From Podarcis melisellensis (taxonomy: Eukaryota): a stretch of 64,000 nucleotides of DNA. Positions 52,887-64,000 of the stretch are shown one piece after another. The notes beneath the pieces were generated by a model that saw only the letters and a program-made list of their open reading frames with translations, was not told the origin of the DNA and made no database searches. The translations under genes were made by a program, and so were the position numbers. The stretch lies in the NCBI GenBank assembly GCA_964234715.1, contig OZ174287.1. One strand, given 5' to 3'. Each line of letters starts with the position of its first letter. The stretch's first letter is position 1.

Positions 52887-53343
52887 TCTCCCAGGAAAGA
52901 CGCGTGGCTTGGGCATGCTGCAGGCCCCGCGGTGAGTGCTGCCTGGCATTTGGTCACCCCCTCAGTGGTGACACCTGGGGCGCTACGCCTCCACCGCACC
53001 CCCTTGCTCTGTCCCAGGGTAGCCCACTAGCATTAGCAATAAAAAAAGGAGATGTGGAGATGGCAGAGGCAGGACAGAGGTGGCCTTGCATGTGCTGAAT
53101 AAAAATCACTGGAATTATCAGGGTGTGTCCCATCCCCCCCAGTGATCTTAACCCATCTTACAAAGCTGGAGAAATTCAATGGGAAATTCAGCTGTGTTGA
53201 AAAATTCAAAGGGAGACAAATTTCAAAGGGTGGCTGTGTTTCAGCTCTCATATTGTGTCAGATACTACAAATTCAATTAAGTTTGCCTTTAAATGGAAAC
53301 TGAACTGAATTTCTCCCCAACTCCAACCCAACCCCAACTCCAG

Positions 53344-53940
53344 CTTACCCAGGTGCTGTCCTGTTGAAGTGATGGATTTCCTCTTTCTACAACTCTGTCT
53401 CCCAAGTTGGCTGCCTTAATTCTTATATGGAGCTTAGTCAGGTCAGAGACAGGGGAAAGGAGGAAGGAATTTCAGCCTTTTAGATATATGCAGAGTACAT
53501 ATGAAGAAAGAAAGGATGTACTTCAAATACTCATAGAAACACATGATTTGGTTGCATGAATGTATTTGTGTGGAAGGTGATGGGAAAATAAATATTCTAA
53601 ATACAATAAAAAGACTTAACTAAAAGAACAAGTCTAGAAACAAAGAACAGGTCTACAATCTGGAGATACTGTAAAACGAAATCCAGGAGGGGCACTTCCT
53701 TCACCACTTTCTATTTTGAAACTGAAAGATCTCAGTGAAGTGGGGTGCTGAGTCTGCTCCAAGGGCACACCCTCACTTCAGGTAGTGCATAGTTAGCCTG
53801 AAACAAGACTGGCCTGCATCCTTCAGAAATGGAGAGACTGCCTTGGAATCTTTCCCAGAATCCTCTACCACATGCAAGACTGAGTCATAGCAGAAGAGTC
53901 AATGTGGCAAGAATTCCATAAAACCGAAACTGTGGAAATC
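53344..53940 (-). promoter_or_regulatory. CTL-type proximal promoter and non-coding exon 1 now upstream of the RNase exon
   Basis: TATAAG at 53422-53427; donor GTAAGC (cttac at 53344-53348). TTCCCAGAA (53852-53860) and TGAGTCA (53881-53887) are retained. Confidence 0.7.
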
Positions 53941-54364
53941 ACTTGCATTATTCATTTTTTTTAAACTGGGGGTTGACGAGGTCTAGATTTTAGAAGAAAA
54001 TGGGAAATGACTGAGGGGAGCTAAACTCCTCCCCCCTCTTTGCCTCCTCATGCTATTTAACTTCCCCCTCCTTGGCTCAGCTGGAATATAAGTAACTGTG
54101 GTGATGGAGGGTGGGGAGCTTAAATGGGGAGTGTTCTGCTTCTTCTACTACACCCATGCCCTTGCTTTCTTCTCCTCAACTTCTCAACCCACAAACCCAC
54201 ATAGTATATATATATTTACTTACCTGCGAGAACTGAATGAGACTTTGATGGAAGAAGGATGTGGACAGATATGTGGGTATAGGGTATAATGCTAGTGAAA
54301 GGCCCCAATACAAAATATAAATCAGTAGCCATAGCATCAGAAGTGAGTTTCTGATTGTCTCCAA

Positions 54365-54455
54365 CTTACCCAAGTTTTGTCCTGTGAGGTGATGGATATC
54401 GCGTTATGCAGGGGCAAGTTTGTCTCTGAAGCTGCTGCCTCAATTCTTATATAGA
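54365..54455 (-). promoter_or_regulatory. CTL-type distal TATA and non-coding exon 1 module (copy 2)
   Basis: CTATATAAG at 54446-54454, donor GTAAGT (54365-54369); paralog of 36818-36910. Confidence 0.68.
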
Positions 54456-56330
54456 TCTTGGTGAAGTTGGGGGTTGGGGCAGGGAAGGGAGAAGGATGAA
54501 AGTTCAATCACTTGCCATATGTTGAGTAGATAGTGATAGGATAAATATGTTTCAATTTCCCTGGAATTCTCTCCAGTGTGGACTTAATTTACATGTTGAG
54601 TAGATATCGATAGGATAAATATGTTTCAATTTCCCTGGAATTCCCTCCAGTGTAGACTTAATTTATGGTTATGACCACTATACAGTTATGTTTCTGACAA
54701 TGGGTTGGAAAGCAAATACCCTAAATAAAAAATAAGCACACATAATTAACATCAGATAATGCATCTGCCTTCTGGAGCTTAGTCCATATCTAGGCGGAGT
54801 ACTTTGTTCAATATGTTTGATATTAAAATGGAAGGGGAACAGAGTGCACCTTTTGCTCAAGGGCACAGACTCACTTTGCATTGTTGATACCCAACAAGGA
54901 TGGCCAGCTTCCTTCAAAAGGGAGTGTTTACACTGGAACATTTCCCAGAATCCTCTGCTACATGAAGGGATTCTGTGACAGGCAAATCCGCATGGCAAAG
55001 AATCCACAACTGTGAAAATAGCTTATGTAAATTCAAGCTAGGTGTATATACATATCTACATTTAAAAATGAAGTTTGGTGAAATTAAAAGATGCTGCAGG
55101 GGGAACTGAGATTTCAATTTCTTTGCTGTCCATGCTCTTTTGCTTTAGGTTTTCCCCCTCCCTGGTTCAATTCCAGGATTTCCAGGCTTCTTTTTTAGAT
55201 ATGCTATAAGCCGCCCACTCTGGCTGGGATGTTGTTATGATTGTGATTGTGATTATTATGGCTGGGAGAAAAGCTAGACAGGGGTGAGGGTGGGTTTCAG
55301 CTCCCATCACCCCCACTAGCATCCAGTTGACTCAGCTACTAGAGGATTGTGTAGCTAGTCCCTGATATCAGCTACTAAAACTTTGTGGCTGCTGTATTTT
55401 TCTGGTGACAGCAATTTCCTCACACACAACCCCCCACAACATCTGGGTCCTTATGGAAGGATGGCACTCACTTGTGCAGAGATGGTTTTTATATATGTAT
55501 AAAGAGTATATAGTGTGTGTGTAAGTAGGGTTGCTGGTCTTAATATCTCTTTTACAGGAACACAGAAAATATTCTCACAGCATCCACAAGTCTGAGTTTA
55601 AATATGTATGTCCACTGCCAGATGATTTATATTACGCTTGATGCTTTGCATGTTTGTATGGTCCATTGGGGATTTTTTTCTTAAAACACACACACACACA
55701 CACACACGTCACATGTCTTTTTTTGTATAAGGTTTTATTCAGACATTTCACAATACAATAAAAAGAAACTATTCTAAACAGAAAATAATAAAAAGAAAAG
55801 AACAAAACAAAAGAAGAAAAAGAGGTAGATGAATACAAAGCTCTCTCTCGTATATATCCTAATTTTGAGCAATGAAATTCATTTAAAAGATACCTCTATT
55901 ATTTAAGAACTGTGTGGTTATGGTCTTCCTGGGATCAAGGTCATGACCCACCAACTTCTAATTTATTTTGGTAAGCAGAATGGTAAACTAGCACGAATTA
56001 ACAAGAGCTCAAATGATTTTGATGTCCTATTTTTCAATCACTCAGCAGCTACTCCATTTTCAATCCTGCTGCAAATTGCTTCCACATGACATTCCATGTG
56101 GACAACACCCTGGTGAAGCAGACCCCTGTAAGTAACAGTATTTCATATTCTGCTCTCTTTAGTTTGTGTTCTGGGGGTATAGAAAGGTAGGCCAAAAAAC
56201 AAAGATTAAGTCAACAAAACAACATACATAAAAATCTCTCAGTCTAACCTACCTCACAGAGTTGTTGTGAAGGCAATACAGAGAGAGAAGAGCCATGTAT
56301 GCCACCATGAACACTTGGATGGCATAGAAT

Positions 56331-56466
56331 AGGGGTTTCCAAACTTGGGTCTCCGGCTGTTGTTGGACTACAGTTGAAAACATCCATAGCTGGCAAGGCT
56401 AGTTGTCAAGGATGGTGGGAATTGTAGTCCAAAAACAGCTGGAGACCAAAGTTTGGGAATTGCTGG
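56331..56466. mobile_element. hAT-like palindromic MITE
   Basis: ccaaacttgggtctccggctgttgttggactaca / tgtagtccaaaaacagctggagaccaaagtttgg. Confidence 0.65.
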
Positions 56467-56743
56467 CATAAGGAGAAAAAGACAGAAGCAAAGGAAATAG
56501 CATCTTCTTGCCACAACATAAGGTTGTGGGAAACTACGGTTCAAATCCCCATTCAGCCATGGGTCAGATATCATCTCTCAATCTAAGCTTCTTCACAGAA
56601 TTGTTGAGAAAACAATAGCAAGAGAAGGAGAATTATGTGCTCCTTGGATGGCATAGAAGACGGAATATAATATAAAAACAAAGGAAATAGCATCTCCTTG
56701 TCAGAACATAAGGTCCCTGGCTAACGGCATCTCTTTCACCCTC

Positions 56744-59700
56744 TCAACTATGGTCATCCTTCTTCCTTACTAACCTCTCTCTACTGTTCGTCTCAGGTCT
56801 AAATATAATGATGTAGATTTTGGGGAGAAAGATGCAACCCAGTAAGCCAGCAGTAGAGGCCAAGATGGAGAAGATCTCCACAGCCACCATGTATTTCCCT
56901 TTGGTGCTCAGATAAGTGGGGACAAAGGACAGCCAAACACTGCAGAAGACCAGCATGCTGAAGGTAATCAACTTGGCTTCATTGAAAGTATCAGGCAACT
57001 TCCTGGCAAAGAAAGCCACAGAGAAGCTCACAATGGCCAAAAGGCCCATGTAGCCGAGAATAAGGTGGAACATGATGTCGGAGCCTTCATTGCACTGCAC
57101 TATGATCTGCCCATCCTGGGAGTGCAGGTCAAACTCTGGGAATGGGGGAGAGGATGCCAGCCACCCAAGACAGATGCCAGCTTGAATGAGAGAACAGAAG
57201 GTGATAAGGGATCCTGCCAGCCTCTTCCCAAGCCATTTCCTCAGGCTGTTCCCAGGCCTGGTCACCATGAATGCCAAAACCACAGTGAGGGTTTTGGCTA
57301 ACACACAAGCAACAGCAATGGAGAAGACGATGCCAAAGACGGTTTGCCTCAAGACACAGGTCACCTTTGTAGGCCTGCCAATGAATAAGAAGGAGCAGAG
57401 AAAGCAGAGAAGCAGAGAAGAGAGCAAGGTGCAGGTGATGCCCCAGTTGTTGGCTTTGACAATGGGAGTGTTCCAGTGCAGACCGAAGGTCCCCATCACA
57501 ACAAGTGTGACCAGGGAAAGCAGGAGAGCCAAGGAGGCCAGCATTGCCCCCAAGGGCTCCTCATAGGATAGGTAGCTTATTTTTTTTGGAAAACATTGGT
57601 CCTGAAAGGCATTTGGGTAGTAATCATCTGGGCATTTCTCACATTGATCTGCATCTGAAAATGAGAAGCATGCTTTTAGCATTTCTTGAAGCGATAATTA
57701 TTAATATTATTGATACCATCTATTATGCGGTACACAAAACGTATTACTGAGCTGATGAACCAAAGCCTAATTTTTCAACTAAGTGATGGTTCCTCTCTGA
57801 ACATCTCAGCTGTATTAATCAATCTATTCATATTTATTTTTCATCGTTGCAGTATACAGATTGATTTCAGTGGTTCCCCCTTAAACATGTCTATCTCTGC
57901 ATCCAGCCCCATGTTTTTGCATTTCTAAGCTTGTGGCTCAGTGTTTCTTTTTTACACTTTCCGTAATGGAACTTGGGAGTGCATGAAACAGCCAGGTAGC
58001 CTGTCATCAGGAACATCTATATTTGACAAGAAATAACTGTTCCTAATGATTGAAATTGTGTGGATACAATAGAGGAGATAATTTACTATTTATTAATAAC
58101 AGAAGATGAAAATGTGTTGGCTGCAGTTTCAATGGTGAGAAAAGGGAACCTATGGCATGCAATCTTAACCATTTCTACCCAGATGTATGTCATGCTGATT
58201 TCAATGGTGCTTACTCCCATGTGGATGTAATTGCACACAAGATATGCCTGAATAGCTGTTCAAAAGTTAGGGGAGAGGAAAGGAGAATATGTGTCAATAA
58301 CATAAACACATGTGCTTGGGATCCATGACAGAAAATAAGCAGACATAATAAGACTGAAACATGAATGTCTCTGTTGGAGAGGAAGATGGGAATTCCAGTT
58401 GACTCGTGTTCCTTCACTTACCCTTCTGGAGTGAAATCCTCCCTTTAGGGCACTGAACACAGTCATAGCAACAGATTTGCTTTCCCTGCTGTGGAAACAT
58501 ACTCTGTCCAGGGTGGCAGCTCTCAACACAGGTGGAAATGGGCAGCATCTAATGGTAATGACAAGCAAGGGATTTTGAATGGAATAAATCTTATGTCCGC
58601 TTTGCAGCAGAAAGGTCACAGGATCGAAATTAGAGAATGGCTGTCAAGCATTTGCTCCCTGGGCAAGTATCAGGCCCCCTGATAAAGATGCTTTGTGCTG
58701 TCCCCGAACCATTTGGCCTGTCCAGCACATGTCTGAATGGCAAAGAGAAGCTTGTACTAACCTTCTCCTTCTTGATAAATTGATTCCTCATAACCCAATG
58801 CTGATTTCCTCCTAGAGACGCTCTCTTTTAAAGTTTAAATAAGAATAATTTTTTATTTAGTGTACTTGAAATTGCAGATTAATACATACAATGCATGTGG
58901 GTGTTACTTACATTGCTAACATATCTTACATAGATTTTTATCTAAGATAAATACTGTTACAGACTGACAGCAGCACAAGAGAACATTCCTGCTGCTCTGT
59001 TTAGACTGCTCATATTTGCCATAACTGTACAAACTGACATAACTATGCCCTTTTAAAATGTGTTTTTTATATGTTGGTTTTAATCTCTGAACATCCTTGA
59101 GACTTCTGGGTATCGGGCAGTATATAAATTTAATCAATCCATCAGTTAATATCCTCTGACATATGACAGCACAGGGTTTTTTAACCTTCTGTGCACCAGG
59201 ACTTTCCTTAGCATTTTGGATGCTTTCATCCCACACATTATGGCTCAGCCTGATGGAGACCAACATCCTGGGACAGGATATCACCAGCACTCCATCCATC
59301 AACATCAGTGACCACACACTTCAGGCAGTGGATAATTTTCTTTCTACCTGGGCTCCGCATGGCAGAGATTGTTGGCAACAACGCATTTTAGAGCACAACA
59401 GTTCCTTTTCAAGAGCTTTAAACACTTGTCAATTCCTCACTCAGAAAGACCTTGTTCTTTAATCCTGATCTCTGAATTAGCCTCAAACTAGCTCTGGATC
59501 AACAAAGCAACAAAAACAGTATTTCATCAGTGAGTACCAGAGCTTCTCTCCTCACACTTCTCCTTTGTAGCCATTTCTGTTTTCCTGGATCCCCTGATCT
59601 TCTCATAAAAGATAATGATGATGGATGATTATTAAAACAAGAAATAGTACCGCCCACCTGATTGAACTTGGGATTCCATGCGATGGCACTTCCATCCACT

Positions 59701-62700
59701 GTGAACTCTTTTCCTGAGGGGGCCTGAGGGTCCACCCTCCCTACTCGGACTCTCTGGAAGGACTCATTGGGAAATGTGACCAAGTTGAGGAGATCATAGC
59801 CACCTGCCTGCTGCCCCTTCTCATCCAAAGAGATTTCTTCCCCGGCACTGTTGTTGAAGTGGATGTTTTTCAGGAACAAGTGAAGCTAGATTGCAAAAGG
59901 AAAAAAGACACAGACCTTGTAGGCTAATACACTCTCTCTTTTCCCTTTGACAAGTGGACCTTTGGCTTTTTACTACCATTCATCAGTATGTTATAGGACA
60001 CTGACAGCTGCTTTACAGTGAGTGAAATCATTGCCCTAAATAGCTCAGTCACTGATTGTTATTGGCTCTCTAGGGTTTCAGAGTCTTTCCCAGCATGATC
60101 TTGAGATGGTGGGGATTTGAACATGGTCCTTTTTGAATGAAAGCAGATGCTCTGCCATTGAGCTGTAAGCATTTCCAGTTTCAATATTAGGAGACATGAC
60201 TTGGTATGTTTTTAACTTGGCATAGATACCAGGTAGTTCAAAAAACTCCACATTAACATATGCAACTGCCTTGTGCTGAGTCAAACCATTGTTTTCTGCA
60301 GCCCAGAACTGTCTGCTCTGAATTGCCACAGTTCTATCTGGCATACATCTGAGGTTTCAACCCATTTCTGATACCAGAGGAGAGTCCTGGCCCTTGCACA
60401 GTCCCAATTAGGAGAATCCTGGGATGGATTAATTTCAAGAGCTTTGAATGTGCAGCATGCAATGCATGTGGCCTTTAACTGAGATCAAGTCCCTCCCAAT
60501 GATAGAGCTCACCACTGGAAATCCCCAAGGCCTCTCCTCCATGCCACGGCTCAGCTGTGAAACATATGAACAGTAATAATAACTTCTGTGCTTCTAACAT
60601 TGAGGAGGGTAGTTGACAGTACCTGCCAGGGTTTAACTTTCTGCTGCATCCATCTCTCAGCCAGTACTTTCTGTTTGGCTCTTGATGAATACATGCTATG
60701 GAGAGCATGTGCTACTGCATGGACGGCATTGTAGATGGTGTAGCTCTGGCTGGACATTTCCATTTCAAACACGGGTCCAGTGAGTTTCTCCAGCTTCTCC
60801 CTCCCAGTGCAGGGTTCGTAAGTTGTTTCAAGTAGATCTGGGAATAAACAGAGGAATGCACTGGCCCAGAACTGCTGGATGAAATAAAGATTTGGCTGCC
60901 ATGGATTTATGGTCTGTAGAAAGTCCTGAAACCCTGGAACTGGATTTGAATGGAGTGTAAATGACAAAGTGCCATTGAAGGATTTTGAAGGAAATTTGTG
61001 TCTAACCAGCACTGCAGTGAAATCCCATTGAGCTGTTGTAATCCACACCCTCTCCACTGGGTACATAAAGAAAACCTCACAGGAGACTAAAACCAGTCTC
61101 AAAGCCTCTAGAGATTGACTGTCTCCGTAGACAAGAATCACATTCATTTGCTGCTGTGTGAGAGCAAACATGATTGGTCTCAACTTTTGTTGCAGTAGCT
61201 CATTAGGTAAAAAATTTGTCACTAGTGGGATCACCAGTGTCCAAGAAATACAAAGATTATTCTGGGAAAGCCTTGGTCTGAGAGTATGAAGGAAGGTTTC
61301 TCCACTGTCATCATCTGAAACAAGGAGGCCAATCCAGTTCCACCCAAACTTCCTGAGTAGCCAGACAATGCCATCATACTGAGCTTCTTCATTGGGGACC
61401 ATTTGGAAAAAGGAAGGGAAGCGCCTTTGGTCACTCAGCCCTGGATCCAAGGAGCCATAGCTGAGCTAAAGGGAAAGGCATTATATTTTTAGGAATCCGA
61501 AAACCATCCATTTATTTATAGAAAGAATACTTCATTATTGTGGTGGATGACCACCTGCTCTTACTTTTCTAAGTATACACCTCTGGCATTATTAAGTCTC
61601 AAACTAGGAGAAGTTTCTAAGCAGGAAGCTGGATGCTCCTATGATTACATGATTTGTGGCATGGCCAGGTTTGGAAGAACCAGAGCTTGGATTATTAGTA
61701 TAATGGGTTTAAGCCCCCCGCCCAAATCCCAATGCAAATTGAGACGGTAGTGTAGAAAACATAATGTAATGGGATTGAAAGCTAACCTGGATGCTTTTTG
61801 AGGTTTTCTGTGTATGTCTGCCCTTGTGGTTGTATCTATGTATCTACACACATACCTGTGGAATCTTGTAGGTGTTTAATATATTGGCCATCTGAATGGA
61901 GTTGTGGGAGGTGAGCCCTCCAACAACGGCAATTAATTTATCTTCCCCATTACAGTGGTAATTGGGGGGATTTCGTTGACCCATGAAAAGAAGAGCGAGA
62001 GTGTTCCAACAAGTTAGCAAAGGATTAAAAGCATTCTCATAAAATGTTTTTTTTTTTAAATAATTTTTATTAAGGTTTTCCAAATTAAAACAAATAAAAT
62101 CCAATTCATAAACTTTTTCCAATATCCAGGACTTCCCCTCCCCACCCCCTCTTGTGTTCCAAATCTTCCAAAAAAGCAATAATATTCAACAAATTCTTAT
62201 TCCCAAAATACACTCATCATCAATAACTCAATTTATCCAAATTTCCATCCCCTAAGGTCGACCTATTCCCTTCCACGAGTTCCCCCCTTTCAAATATAGT
62301 ACAGATAAAAATAGAATAAAAACAAACAATAATTTTACAACCTTTGGATTCCAAATTTCCCTCCCCTCTTTCCCTGTTGCGTTCCTCTTATCCCTCCACT
62401 TCTAATGTCTTCCTGATGAACCCACATTTCACTAAACCCACATCCCTCTGGTTCTTTACCGGTCTTTTTTTTTTAAATTACAGATGTCCAATCATAGAAG
62501 GAGTCTATCAAAGGGGGCCCATTTCTTCTATCCAGATTTTTATATCCAGGAGTATAAACTCCAATTTTATATCCATAAGCTTGTCAAATCTGGATATCCC
62601 AAATGTTCCCACTCCAGTTCTGTCCAGTTCTTGTTGTTTCCTTGTTCTTGTCAATCACTCTCCTCCTTTTTACTTCCCTGTTCCCTCACAGAAATGTTCT

Positions 62701-64000
62701 TTTTCCAAAGGCTTCTAGTGTCTCTACAGAGGCTTGTTATTCAGGAGCAAAACATTACATCATGTTCCTTTCATTTTTCAACAGATTAATCCATTGTTTC
62801 CAGTAAAGTGTAGGCCTCTGTAGACAAAATAATGTTCCATTTCTGCAGTTTCCCAGGAGATTAAAAGTTCTATCCAACTGTTCAAGTTTCCCGTCGAAAA
62901 CACATGCAATGTCCCTCAGCTCCTCTAGGTGGATTACAATAACAAAGTTCCCTTCCAGATCACATCCGCCAGTCCAAATAACTTATAAATCCTTATTTGA
63001 AACAATTTATCTCCAATTTATAACAAATGTAACCGGCAAAGTCCTCATAACAAAGTCTCAATTTCATTCTTCCGTTTTGACAGCTCTTTGACAGCTGTCA
63101 AAACCTCCGTTATTCTTCTCCAGGCATTTTCACGAATCGCTCCAGGGATTCCGGGGGGGTTGCTTTTTAATCCAAATTCCACTTTTCTCCTCCAGCTCAA
63201 TCTTATAAATTTCCCTCGCGAAGTTGCTAGTTCGGCAAGATAAGGTTCCTCTCGATCTTAGTTATCCAGTCCTTTGTTTTGGCTCTTCTACAATTTGGGG
63301 GGGGCTGACTTCCTTTTTTCCACCTCCCCCGTTCGCTCCAAATTCTAAAAATTTATCCCTCTTTTTAGTCCATATTCCAATTACTCACGGGTTCTTCTTT
63401 TGGGTCCAAATTTTCAATAGAAGAAGTCAGCGCTCTCCGCCGGATGGCATGCGGCTGCGCTCGGCAGGGATAGCAGAGGACTCAAAGCACCACGCTCCTC
63501 CCCGGCACCCGATCCGTAGCCTTTAAAAAGGCTCCTTCACGAATCGAGAGGGCGCTGACGGTGCCAGCCGAGTCTCCATGTCCACGGCCTCCGTGGCCGT
63601 GGTTTTTAAGGGTCCCCGCATCGCCGGTGCGGTAGGACCCAGCCCCTGCCGAGCAGGCTCCCTCCGGAGCTCGGAGGGAGCCCGCCATTCGGCGATGGCG
63701 CCGACCCGGAAGTCCAAAAGCATTCTCATAAAATTGAGACGGCAGTGTTGGCAACACATAGCTAGGAGGCTTTAACATAATCATGTACCCATACCTAACG
63801 TAGGACATATGTGTAGAAAACATAATGTAATGGGATTGAAAGCTAACCTGGATGCTTTTTGACGTTTTCTGTGTATGTCTGACCTTGTGGTTGTATCTAT
63901 GTATCTAAACACATACCTGTGGAATCTTGTAGGTGTTTAATATATTGGCCATCTGAATGGAGTTTTGGGAGGTGAGCCCTCCAACAACGGCAATTAATCT
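56744..64000 (-). CDS. Vomeronasal type-2 receptor V2R-2 (5' end outside the window; original exon 2 disrupted, replacement exon 2 at the window edge)
   Basis: Intact exons 3-6: 61465-60623, 59885-59658, 58548-58422, 57654-56744. Exon-2 remnant at 62045-61856. A second exon-2 3' end with donor at 64000-63917. Confidence 0.82.
62047..63715 (-). mobile_element. Full-length non-autonomous L1-derived retroelement (1.67 kb)
   Basis: CpG-rich L1-type 5' end GGACTTCCGGGTCGGCGCCATCGCCGAATGGCGG, AATAAA plus poly(A), and TSD AAAAGCATTCTCATAAAAT (62027-62045 and 63716-63734). No RT and no long sense ORF. Confidence 0.85.

Larger units (their letters stand above)
53017..62045 (+). repeat. Segmental duplication, direct copy of about 35754-47170 (two CTL promoter modules + V2R exons 2-6)
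   Basis: Colinear homology through introns and intergenic DNA, starting at gggtagcccactagcatt; copy-specific insertions and deletions. Confidence 0.92.

Overview
Vertebrate (squamate) genomic DNA. The SINE and LINE repertoire suggests a lacertid-type lizard; this is an inference. The window is a repeat-rich, actively rearranging cluster that interleaves three gene families. (1) Four secreted single-domain C-type lectin (CTL) genes: A (+, last exon only), B (+, intact, 159 aa, EPN/WND), C (-, intact, 165 aa, unusual TPD motif) and D (-, frameshifted in exon 3). (2) Two six-exon vomeronasal type-2 receptor (V2R) genes on the - strand: V2R-1 is intact (881 aa); V2R-2 has an interrupted exon 2 followed by a second exon-2 copy at the window edge. 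(3) One intact angiogenin-like RNase A coding exon (-, 147 aa). A direct segmental duplication (about 35754-47170 vs 53017-62045) carries two tandem CTL promoter/non-coding-exon-1 modules plus a V2R gene. In copy 1 the modules sit upstream of CTL-D. In copy 2 the CTL coding exons are missing and the next same-strand coding exon is the RNase, which is a candidate promoter-capture (chimeric) gene. Other notable signals are an apparent recombinational rescue of V2R-2, a 662-bp gene-conversion tract, a template-switch lesion in CTL-D and a young non-coding L1-derived element. All exon coordinates and alignments were read by eye; no searches were run.
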